A DNA stretch of 33,044 bases from Basidiobolus meristosporus CBS 931.73 (taxonomy: Eukaryota; Fungi; Basidiobolomycota), in contig MCFE01000826.1 in assembly GCA_002104905.1 (NCBI GenBank), positions 1 through 33,044 on the forward strand. Reading direction: 5' to 3'. The position numbers were made by a program, and so were the translations under genes. Below the pieces are notes generated by a model, which saw nothing but the letters and a program-made list of their open reading frames with translations, was not told the DNA's origin and made no database searches. Shown here piece after piece: positions 21,036 through 31,975 of this stretch (the first letter of the stretch is position 1; each line of letters begins with the position of its first letter).

Positions 21036-22997
21036 ATTGACATTCAGTGCAATGTGCAGGGCTATAACCCTAAGAAATTGTGTGGACTGTGTGTCCACTG
21101 AAGCTATTAATGCAGACTCCTCAGGCTCTCAGACAAGTAGGTAATTGGGAATATCTGCTAAGCCACATGCTGACCTTGGTACTGAGGCAGATAAGAGTGT
21201 TGCAAAAGCAGTACTTTTGGTTGAAGACCAGCAAGTAGCTGCCATAACATTACCACCACCTGTATTAGCAAGTATGCTGTCTGCTCATACCAAAGCATTA
21301 ACAAGGCAATTAGGTACAATGGCTGATAGAATAGATGCAGGGCCCAGAGAAATCAGGAAACAGTTAGGAAACAGAATGAGTGGGTATATACTGTAGAGCA
21401 ATCAATGTTGCAGTTAAAGAAAGCTATATCTTTGCTGCAAAGAAGGAACTAAAGTAGCTCAATGTCACAGTTAGGAGTTGAGCCATATCCTGATATAAAA
21501 GCAGAGGAACACCACACAGTCTTTGAAGCACAACAACAGGGTGCAAAGATAAAGCACATAGAACTACCTATCACAGCATGGGAGGGAGAAAATGTAGTAT
21601 TTATAACAGAGCCAAAAAACCAAAAGACACTGAAGATCTGTGAGGCAGTTGAGTGCAATGTTGAAGAGCAAGCTGGTATTCAAGGGCTCTCAGAAGTCTA
21701 GCATACCATGGGACCATCATGAACTCAAGGCCAAGCAGAATGCACTTGACTTGCTCTATGAGCATTATCCTGGATTCAAACAAGCAAATGGCTTTTAGGC
21801 CTGCATTGGTATGCTAAGAACGTATCTCAAGAATGGCAGAAGCTCTCAAAGGCAGAAGAACAAGGGTAAATGGCTAAGAACTGATAGCTTCCTCCAGAGC
21901 CCATTGCAATCCAGGCCAAAAGCTTGAAACAAGCGTCAAGGACACATCAGGTAGCTGGAAGAGTACCAATAAGGGAAAAGCAGACAGACATGGATGCAGC
22001 AGCCAAGCATTTATCAAAGAAAAAGCATAGTTCCATTCAAGAAGCACATAGCCAAAGTAGCAGTGAGGGACTGGGTAGTGATAAAAAGCAGTGGATTCCT
22101 CAGTAGCCTGTTGCAACTAGGGCTGAAAGAATGAACCAAGTTACAGAAAAATGTCAGGTTACTGAAGAGTGCTGGTAACAAACAAGAAGGCAGAAGCAGA
22201 TGCACTAATGCAGCATTTGATCAGAAGAAAATGTAAAATAATACAAGAAGCTCTTACAGAAAGTAGCAGTGAAAGACCTAGCAGTAACAATAAACAAGGT
22301 ACAGGGAGAAGTAATTACCCAAACCTTAGGCAGGGAAGTGTAAGAATAAAGCTGCAGTTCTTGCTAATTAACTCCATAAGGCTAGAACAGCCTGAATCCC
22401 ATCATAGCGCAGAAGAATTACCAGCAAGACAAATGTTGCTTTCTCTAGAGTTGGAAGTGCAGCCTGTTGAGCCGCACTCTAGTGAGGTAGATAATTTTGC
22501 AGAGAATGTCACTTTTTCTACCACAGCCTCTATGTCCACCATTCTAGACAGAGTGGAGATCCCACTGATAGACAAAGCAAAAACATCAATAACCCAAAAG
22601 ACTATTGCAATGCCTATATTAGACCCTATGAAAAATAATTTGGTCCCACAGGTGGATCCAATCCAGATCAGCCATCAGGATCCCATTTGGAGACCATCAT
22701 AATACCAGCAGCTTGGAATTAGTGACCCTCTTAAAAATCTTATAACAGGATCCCAATAGCATTTAGCTAATTTATTGCCAAATGATGTCTAAAAACTATA
22801 CAGGGTTTGATTGGTGCTGTAGCAATAATTGCATGGCATTGTTATGGTTGTAATGCACTGTATAACCATTTTAAATACATCTAACTGGCCAGTACATCCT
22901 GTTGCCTTATATGGCAAAAGTCTCAAAGGTGTATTGACCAAATCATTACGGGTTTCTAATGGCTTTATGACAGCAGTTTTGTGGTCTACAGCTTATT
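21036..22997 (+). pseudogene. Accessory gene 'X', unit beta (5' stub at ~17600-17633), ending in conserved domain 'Y'
   Basis: Colinear with the reassembled alpha copy up to ...IAMP (~22615). It then matches the reverse complements of 29280-29590 and 30705-31080. Confidence 0.7.
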
Positions 22998-25900
22998 AGA
23001 CTTGTTCCACTGTACTGTGCCAGGGGTGTGGTGCAATTTGTGGTCTCTAAGAGCAATCATGCATAATATTATAGCTACCAGTAGGCAGGATTATTCTTGG
23101 ACAATTTTGCACCATGTGGGACAATTGTGCACACAATGGCATAATCTGACACCATGAGATTGGCATGGATGATTGTGCCAACTTGTAATGTTTGCATCAT
23201 GTGCACAATTGAATACAACTATTATAGTAGGTAAAATCCAGCATTTGGATATTTTTCTTTAATGTAAATGGAAATAAACGCATAGAACACTGTAAATTAT
23301 ACTGGTACTTGCCATTTTGGTTGCCATCACTCCAATTGGATGGCATCTCAGCGGTTAATTGGTCCAAAAGTAACCTGAAGCTGTTAGCCTTCAATTAGCT
23401 CTTTGACCAATACACAAGCTACCTGATTTGTCATCAAATATCCATTTTGCCCATTGAGCAAGTAAATCCCTGATCCTAGTGATTGGACAAGGTGTCATAG
23501 CTAGCATGCAACCAGTCAAATGGGTGCAAAATGGATCAAATGGCCGCACTGGTGTAGCAGATGATGTACATATATGCAGGGTGTTTATTTACAGAGGCTC
23601 TGTCTCAAATGTGAAACAACCTTGCTATTGCCTATATCAGAAATTAAATGATCACTTATTTGCAATGATATGATTTGGATTGCAAAAAAAATGCATTTTA
23701 TGGATCATGACAAATAATAGCGGTTCAACAAAGTAAATCATCTTCACCTGGGTTTCTATCTCATAGGGATTACTACTGAAGCATTTGGTGGTGATTTAAT
23801 TTGCACACCTAGACTACCTCCTTGTTAACTATCCTTTTGGCCACCTGTGTATTTGTAGTAAGTGTTTTGCCATCTAGTTGATGAGTGCAATGTTGCGGCT
23901 TGGCTGTACTTAGTTGCTCCAGATGATGCTACTGAACTGGCCTGCAGTGCTATGTGCTGATATGTTCTTTTACTTGCTAAAGGCTCTGGTGATGGAGGAA
24001 CTTTATGTGGGTCATCATCAGTTGGTTCACCAGAAGAAACTTACTGATGGTCAGGTGTAATGACATGTACAGGAGCAACTTTATGCGCTGGTAGGGCCCT
24101 TGGCAGAGCTTAATGTAATGCTGCTTGTGGACACAACTTGGCCTGCTACAATGGACTTGTGTCTAAGCAAGCAGTTTGGCAAATCCAGGTGGCTTTGCTC
24201 TGAAGCACACACATTGACTCAATGCAGGGTGCTCTTGATAAGGGTGTTAGCATAGCTTGGACTGATGTGTGCCAGCATGCTGAAGTTGCAGGGGATGGTA
24301 AGGATCCAGCAAGGTGTGCTGGCACAGTCTAGATGCTGTTGCTTGCAGTTTGTATTCTTTCACTTGAAGCTCACCTTCTGATTCCTCAGGGTATTCACTT
24401 ACCCTTTCTCTGATACTTTGGAACTGTTGCCTGGATGAGTCCTGTACATATTACTCTTTGAAGCCACTTAGCTCTACTAATATATCACATAGTACATTAG
24501 TCATTTGAGGCAATACTCATTCAAAATCTCTATGTTTCCCAAAGTTGAGGCACAAATGGATGTGACTGGCCTGTACTGTGCAAATTGCACCCATAATTGT
24601 TCCCACATGGCTTCCCTATTAAATCCCCTCACTCTTGATCATTCTTGATTTCAATACTTGTCTTGTAATATATCTTCTTACATTCATCTGCTGGCATCTT
24701 GACATAGGACCCATGCCAAAGTTTTCTACACAGGTTCTTGACATCTCTGTTGACCCTCTGAGGTATACAGTTTTGCTAGATTGATGAGTAGTGCCCAAAT
24801 ATCTGTATGAAGGCTAATCATAGACACCTAGCCATACTAAAATCATTTAGCAGGAACTCAAACAGATCCAACATTGATTTCTCTGGTCTGGAATGTGCTT
24901 GTGAGCTGGGGGATGTGTTTTGTCTGGGTTGTACTAAAGATGAGTTGAGACTTGGTATAGGGATCATAGTGACAGATATGAAGACCTATACAGTAGTGTA
25001 CTAGCATCAAGCTGTTCTTATATAAATATATATGAAGACTAATGTGATTGTTCAGTTTTCCATATATTATGCGTGATGCATCTTAAATTGCATTGACACA
25101 GATTGGATCCCATCAATTGCAGATTTCCTGTCTGATTATAGACTTGTACATAAAGCATCAATAAATATACCAAGTCATTGTTTAAAGATGATTTTTGCAA
25201 TATAATGATGGGAATCATGGCAATTGATGGAGATTTAATCATCATGCATGGAAAATTTGATAAATAAAGCTGATTGCACCAAGTCAGTTTAACTCACCTC
25301 AGCCTGATCACCTACCCATTTAATATAACTTACTCATCTGAATGATCATTTCTCATCAATCCCATCACTACCACTGGATTTCCTTTTGACACATTACAGG
25401 AGATCTATACCAAGTACCATGGACCATCTACCCCAATCTACTCAAGGGATCCCTTGTTAAGCTTCTCTCCTATTACAAGAACTATTGCCCCACAAGATTT
25501 CATCTCACCATTCATGGCAACAAAGTCCTAGAAGTATTATTCCCAGCTGACAGCAATGGAGAACCTCCTTGCAGAGGGTGTGATTGACTTAGGACCAGCT
25601 TGGAATACTAGGCTTGGAAGCTCCAATAGGCTTCCCTATCCCAGAGTGTCCAGCAACAGGTTCCATATAAGGAGTATATTGGATACCATCCTAGTCAGGA
25701 GTAGCAGACATTCTAGAGGGCAGAGGCACTTTTATTCTGGCTAGTACAAGGCACACTGTGTGAAGCTTCAGGCACTGTCTTACATTAAGGATATCATTGT
25801 CTGGTCTAGCGGGCCATTTGCTGGAAGTTGGCATGACAAAGCACTCTGGGTAGAGAATCATCCAGAATTCAGTAGAGGGGAGAAATGTATGGAAGACTTA

Positions 25901-26389
25901 GCTCATATAAGTGAGGATTCTCAGAGATTAGGATGTATTACAACATATAGGAAGCCAAGGAATGGTGCGCTTAGCAGGAAGCAGAAGCTCTACAATGAGA
26001 CATTTAATCTTTTCAGAGCAATGGTAGAGCATACATTTGGATATCTGAAGAGATTTAGCATATTGGCTGGTAAATACAGAGGAAAGCCATATATAGGAGA
26101 AAACAGCTGAATAGGTAAAATAGTCAAGATACCTATTAATGTACAGAATACCCATACAAAAAGACATCCACTGAGAGAAATGTGTTTGGAGCATTATGAA
26201 GAGTAAATACAGCAAGGAAAGCACTATCCTGAGCAACATAGGTAAGATTGAATAAAATTAACAGTAATTATATTCTACCACTGGAATTATAATAGTGGCT
26301 ATAGTGCCAGATAGTGCTGTAGAGTGCAAGAATGATTAGGCACTATAAGCAGGCTAGCACTATGTGGCATTATCCAACAGAGCAAGTTT
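22998..26389 (+). mobile_element. PHIS copy E3, full length (3392 bp), decayed; its ends probably come from two different insertions
   Basis: Both termini are present. ORF2 remnant ~23738-24967 (-) and transposase remnant ~25325-26206 (+, start ATG mutated to ATA). Confidence 0.9.
25325..26206 (+). pseudogene. DDE_Tnp_4 transposase remnant of E3
   Basis: ORFs 25556-25744 and 25760-26110 align with the E1/E2 transposase and contain several stops. Confidence 0.85.
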
Positions 26390-27462
26390 ATTTATCCAAG
26401 TAGCATTCTGAAGCTATTCCTTCCAAGAGCACATTGGAAGCATTGGGAGTCATCTGTGGACATTGTAGGAATATTCTTTTAGAAGCAGAGCACTAACAAC
26501 AACTTGATACATCTAGAGCTGTTATGCAAGGAGTTTGTAACAGGATTTGAGTGGCTATACCACAGACATAAAGCTGAATATGTAGATCTCTGCTGCTACT
26601 GTATCCTTTCTCTACTCCATCTTGCTTGGTGTGTGGAGGATATTGAGCCTTGCTTCACCTTTTGGGAGTTTTCTATGGAGTGGATGTATGGGGATACAGG
26701 AAGACAAGTCAAGTTTCAGGTACTACCATGTCCCAATCTCATCAAAAATATTACCTTCAAGTGTGTGATAAATTTGATGTGTTGGAACATGGAGGACAGC
26801 CAGGAAGAGTTGGAAGATTATGAGGACATATGTGCATATGGAGACATCTATGCCTATGGAATTAAGAAGATAAGCAGCCGCAATGTGTGGGTAATCATTT
26901 TAGTGATGCACAGTTGGACTGGGTGCAACAAGGAACCTAACATTTATTAGGAAAACTCTACCTAAGTGTGCCAGGTTTCACTTGGTCACAAGCCAGCTCC
27001 TACACTATTCAATATAGTATTCTCACAAACAAGAGCCAGAGCACACCTATAAGAGGGACTAGAATCTAGCAGGGAGAAGGAATATATTGGCTAAGCACCA
27101 AAAAGCTCTTTGCAGATATTTAGGAGGTACTTATGGTAGAAGTGGCAGCAACCAAGCATACGTTTACAAGATGTATTTGTTACAACTAGTCCAAGGTGTA
27201 TGGCAACTTTGCAATTATCACAAAAAAAGCTGTAAAGCTGAGGTAACAGAGGTATGTCAATTGCGGCAGGTTTGCGCATTTGTAGAGGTTAGTAAGCAGG
27301 AGGCTATATTTTTTAATTTGAGCTATATGTGGGATACCCAAGGTAGTAGTGGGTAAGCAACTAAAGAGGGGTGATTCTTCAGTGGAATATATGAATTGCA
27401 TAAGGGGAGGTAGAAAAAGGAAATGCCATTTGGTAAATTGGTACACTAGCATTGTACAGAAT
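26390..27462 (+). pseudogene. C-terminal half of the CACTA-like transposase, the continuation of 11290-15475
   Basis: LLHLAWCVEDIEPCFTFWEFSMEW resembles the conserved HL....I...GP....W.F.MER (DUF4218-like) region. It joins 15475 in frame through the shared ATT. Confidence 0.8.
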
Positions 27463-27612
27463 AGACTTGTTCCATTGGATAGTCCCACATAGTACCAGCA
27501 TGTATATAGTGCTGGCTTGATCTGGCACTCAATGGCACTATCCGACACTATAACTCCTACCATAATGCCAGTGATAGGATATGATTACTAGTAACTTTAA
27601 TCAAATCCTACT
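27463..27612 (-). mobile_element. PHIS copy E5: right terminus only
   Basis: AAT|AGACTTGTTCCATTGGATAG..., colinear with the E2 right end for ~150 bp, then fused to copia RNase H sequence. Confidence 0.85.
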
Positions 27613-28176
27613 AATCATGCCAGAACTAAGCACATTGATATACAGCATCACTTTGTGAGGGAAGCTGTAGAAAATGACTTAGTAGAGTTGGTGTACTGCC
27701 CAACTAACAAAGTGGTGGCAGATATATTGACAAAGCAACTAGCTAGGCCACAATTTGAGAATCTCAGGCAGGATTTATGATTAAGAAATTATTTAGTTGA
27801 GGGGGAGTGCTGAAATATTGGACTATTTGGTATCATTCAGCAGCTAAAAATTTATTTAACAATTCTGGACTAGTCTTGCTCACTGTGGGACTAATTTACA
27901 GCTCTAACCTTGCCACTTTCTTTAGATCTATGATCTTATGATTATTCCCCTATAGTCTGGATCAAGTTAGCACTATTACTCAACATTATGTACTAACCCT
28001 GAAACTGTTACAGAATGCTCCCAAATGTTGAGAAACCCTCCTTACTTAGTGTTATAGCTGTATTACTTCTACAAAGGTATAAATACTGAGCTTCTTTATT
28101 AATAAACAATAGCTCAACTATTATCACTATTTCTTGATAAGTTCCTTACATCCAAATCACTTCTTAAGTAGCAACA
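27613..28176 (+). mobile_element. Copia-C: 3' end of a different Ty1/copia element (RNase H end, PPT, LTR family 3 at ~27808-28176)
   Basis: HARTKHIDIQHHFVREAVENDLVELVYCPTNKVVADILTKQL, then PPT gagggggag directly followed by TG. The LTR right end (…caaca) is less certain. Confidence 0.8.
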
Positions 28177-28714
28177 TAAGCAACTGGTATTTATTAGGAT
28201 AACTCTACCAAGGTATGCTGGATTTCTCTTAGTCACAAGCTAACTTCTACACAATTCAATATGGAATTCACACAAACAAGAGCCAGAGTGCACTAATAAG
28301 GGGGACTAGAATCCAGCAGGTAGAGGGAGTATATTAGCTAAGCACCATAAAGTCCTTTGCAGATATTCAGGTGGTATCCATGGCAGTGGTGGTGGCAACC
28401 CAGCATAGTGTTTGCACAAGTGTATATGCTACCAGCAATACAAGGTGCATGGCACTTTGCAAGTATCACACTAAAAAGCCGTACAGAGTTGAAGTGATAG
28501 AAGTATTTCAGTTGTGGCAAGTGTGTCCATTTGTAGGGGTTAGAAAGCAGGAGGCTATAGTACTTTTGACTCAATCTATATGTGGAATACCCAAGACGGT
28601 TGTGGGTAAGCAAATAGAAGTGGTGATTCTACAGTGGAATATATGAATTGCACAAGGGGAAGTAGACAAAGGAAACACCACTTGGAAAATTGGTTTTGTA
28701 GCATTATATAGAAC
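28177..28714 (+). pseudogene. C-terminal fragment of a CACTA-like transposase
   Basis: Aligns with 26930-27462 and 30170-30705. Confidence 0.7.
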
Positions 28715-29590
28715 AGCTGTAGGCTGCCATACTGCCAAAATAAAACTATTGAAGGCTCACAATGAAGCTGTTGATGTCATGATCACATGACAACCATGAA
28801 CACCCATGGCAAGCTTCAGCTTCCTAGCTCAATTTCTAAGTGATTCCTTCTTGAACCTTGAACCACCTTCCAGAAAGTTCCTGTCCATTCCAAAACCATT
28901 GTTACACAATGGAACATTCCATGGAAGCTTCCCATTGTATTTTTCATAGTTCAGTACCATATATGGAAATACAAGGTCACATGACCCAGTCCCATGATCA
29001 GGTGACCCAGCCCATTTCCCCATCTGGTTTCAGTGCCGTATCATCTATGTCATTATCCCCAGCACCATTGCTGTGCCTCACCCCACAACCCCATTAGTAT
29101 TAGCCAATATCTCTTGGCATCAGTATAGCCAAGAAGTATATATAGTCCTATCCTCCCTCAAGTATTCCTCAGTCTGATAAACACAGGTCTTGAATAAACA
29201 GCCTTGCCTTGAACTCTGCCTTGCCTTGATGGTCCACACCTAAGTCCTTTCCTGCCTTGTGTCTATTCATAACAGTTGAAGTACCATTAAGTTTTTTGCC
29301 ATATAAGGCAATTGGATATACTGTATGGTTATTTCCACTCAAATACTTATAGAGTGCACTAAGACTGCAATAATGCGTTGCCACCCTTGGTAAAACACCA
29401 TACAAACATGGTTATGTTTTTTAACTTTATTTGGCTGTAAAATTAGCCAAATGCAGTTGTGACCCTTTCATAAGATTATGTAGATGGTCATTAGTTCCAA
29501 GCTGCTGGTATTATAGCAGTCTCCCAATGGAAACTTGATTGCTGATTCAGATTGGATCCACCTGCGGGACCAAGTTTTCTTTAATAGGGT
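28715..29590 (-). pseudogene. Domain 'Y' part of an accessory gene X, split by a solo LTR
   Basis: Rejoins across the LTR as GKKLNGTST|ASL, matching GKIFDGALMASL (30621-30881) and GKSLKGVLTKSL (~22915-22960). Confidence 0.7.
28775..29274 (+). mobile_element. Solo LTR, family 2 (500 bp)
   Basis: TGTCATGA...TCATAACA ends, TATA box and AATAAA, perfect 5-bp TSD GTTGA. Confidence 0.9.
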
Positions 29591-30705
29591 AATACAGATA
29601 TAAGGACTGGATGTGTACTTATTCAGGTGGCTTTCTGAAGCCATTTCTACCAACTCTACATTGGAAGTATTGGGGGCTATATGTTGACATTGTAGGAATA
29701 TCTGTCCAGAAGCCAATCATAAATGTCAACTTGACACACCTAGAGCTTTTATACAAGTTTGTTTAGGGATTTAGCATAAAAGTGATGAGACTTTAGTGGC
29801 TATACTGCAAGAATGAGGCTGAATGCACAGATCTCTGCCACTACTACATCCATTCTCTATACCATCTTGCTTGGTATGTGGAGACAATTAAGCCTTGCTT
29901 AATGCTCTGAGAGTTTCCTATGAAGTAGATGTGTGGGGAGATATGAAGACAAATCAAATGGCAGGTACTCCCATATCCCAATCTCAACAAGTATACAACC
30001 TTCAAATCTGTCATAAATGTTATGAGCTGGATTGTAGAGGACAGCCAGGAAGAGCTGGAAGATACTGAGGACAAAGGTGAGCATGGATATAGCTATGCCT
30101 TTGGCATTAGGAAGCTAAGCAGCCCTAATGTGTGGGCTATCAGTTGAGTGATGCATGCTGATGCTGGACACAACAAGCAACTAACTTTTTTAGGACAACT
30201 TTACAAAGTATTCCAGGTTTATTTCAGTCAAAAGCAAGTTTTTACACCAATCCATAGGGAACTCACACAAACAAGAGCCAGAACACATCAATAAGGGGGA
30301 CTAGAACTCAGCAGGGAGAAGGATATATATGCTAAATATCAACAAGCTGTTAGTGAATATTTAGGAGGTATACATGGCAAAAGTGGTGGCAAGCAGGCAA
30401 ATGCTTGCAGCACATTTGTGTTACCAGCAATACCAGAGGTGTGGCAACTTTGTAAGTATTGCACCAAAAAGCCATAAATCCAAGGTGATAAATGTGTTTC
30501 AGTTGTAGCAGGTGTGTGCATAGGTGAAGGCCAGTAAGTATAAGGCCATAGCTTATTTTATTTAAGCTACTTGTGGAATACCCAAGGTAGTTATGGGAAG
30601 GCAAATAAAGAGGTGTGATTCTACAGTGAAGTATAAGAATGGCAAAAGGGGAGGTAGAAATAGGAAATACTGCTTGGTAAATTAGTAGAGTAGCATTGTA
30701 CAGAA
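29591..30705 (+). pseudogene. Middle-to-C-terminal part of a CACTA-like transposase (unit delta)
   Basis: YKDWMCTYSGGFLKPFLP...HWKYW...YHLAWYV aligns with 15450-15475 plus 26390-27462. Confidence 0.75.
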
Positions 30706-31413
30706 CTAGCTGTAGGCTGCTGTACTGCCATCACAATGCTAGCAGTGGTCCACAATGAGGCCATCAGAGCACCATCAAATATCTTGCCATATGAGGCAAT
30801 TCCACATGTTGGCCAGTTAGGTCTGCTTAAATAAATGTGGGGTGCATCAAGATTGTGAGAATGCCATGCAATTCTTGTCAAAAGACTGCTTAAACACTGT
30901 TAAGTTATTAACTTTCTTTGACAGTAAACCTAGCAAAATGCTGTTGTGATTCTGTCATAAAATTGTGTAGAGGGTCAAAAATTCCTAGCTACCAGCAAAA
31001 GGATGGCCTCATTGTAGGATCCTGAGAGTTGATCTGGACTGGATCCACCTGCAGGACCATATTACTTCTCATAGGGACATGGTGCCATGTGAAAACCAAT
31101 ATTTCTCTTACCAATCTATGGTTGGCAGCTCAATATATATATTCTGCTATGGAGATGGCCAGGCATCTCAAGGTTGGTAGAATTGCCAGCCAGCATAATT
31201 AAAGTTGTGGATATGAGTGTATTGTAGCAGTGGAGACTAAGAACCTAAGGAGTTTGAGCTATTATCTTTGGTGGGCACACCACTGGAATAGCCTTTTTTG
31301 ATGCAATCCCCCTTTTTGTGCTGAATGCCAGAGCACATTATTGTTCACCCACTCTTCTGCTGCTGTCTTCCACATGGCTTGGCTGGAAGCTTGACAGTTT
31401 TGCTTTATTTCAT
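30706..31413 (-). pseudogene. Accessory gene X, unit gamma (N-terminus fused to domain Y, middle missing)
   Basis: 31250-31400 aligns with 10880-11030; 30706-31080 is domain Y. Confidence 0.65.
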
Positions 31414-31975
31414 GGTGACATATATATGGTAGTAAATCAAAACTGAGGGGACAAAGTGTAACATATACATGTGTATGTGGTGCAATACCTTTGTGATCAT
31501 GCTTACCACTATTGGTCTTCCAATAGTCCTATACTAATGTAGGAATAGTAATTGACATAAAGCCATTCAAAACCTATATGAAGATCAACAAGAAGTGACA
31601 GTGTAGTGCTATATTGTTGCATTTCAAGATGATTGTCTTATCAACAGGACCATCCTGATTAAATGTAAAAGTGACAAAAAGCATGCACATGTAGGTATTG
31701 TAATAAGGCTCTCAGCTATCAAGCATATAGACAGGCTGAGAGGTGCTACAGAGATTATAACTTGAATTTTGTCACACATGTTGTGCTTGAGAAAAAATCA
31801 GTAGCTTCTCCCCATTGAAATGTGAAGCTTGCAATTGAGCTCATTTGTAGCTGATAACTGCTAGTTTTCTGCAAGTATTTAGCTGGTACCATTCCTACTA
31901 AGTTTCAGATGCAACTTTTGGTTAAATCAATGCACAGCTGAGTACCAATTTGGTATGAGTACTAGATGACCTACT
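31414..31975 (+). pseudogene. Divergent spacer and N-terminal remnant of a CACTA-like transposase, unit gamma
   Basis: 31415-31760 aligns with 11060-11390 (shared gtgtaacatatacatg, and the CxxC/K..H region). Confidence 0.6.

Noticed and set aside
22615-22997. Domain Y as a TET/JBP dioxygenase, which is known to travel with some fungal transposons
   Set aside because: No HxD...H...R metal and 2-oxoglutarate signature is visible in the consensus.
22995-26392. ATT...ATT around E3 as a simple TSD pair
   Set aside because: The left flank aligns with the end of domain Y and the right flank with the middle of the transposase. Each has a better partner elsewhere (27462 and 15475).
27091-30604. Recurrent minus-strand ORFs (27091-27279, 28338-28613, 30350-30604) suggesting an antisense gene
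   Set aside because: They overlap the transposase C-terminus antisense. In the adjacent stretch I compared, differences between copies cluster at third positions of the plus frame, so the plus strand is the coding one.
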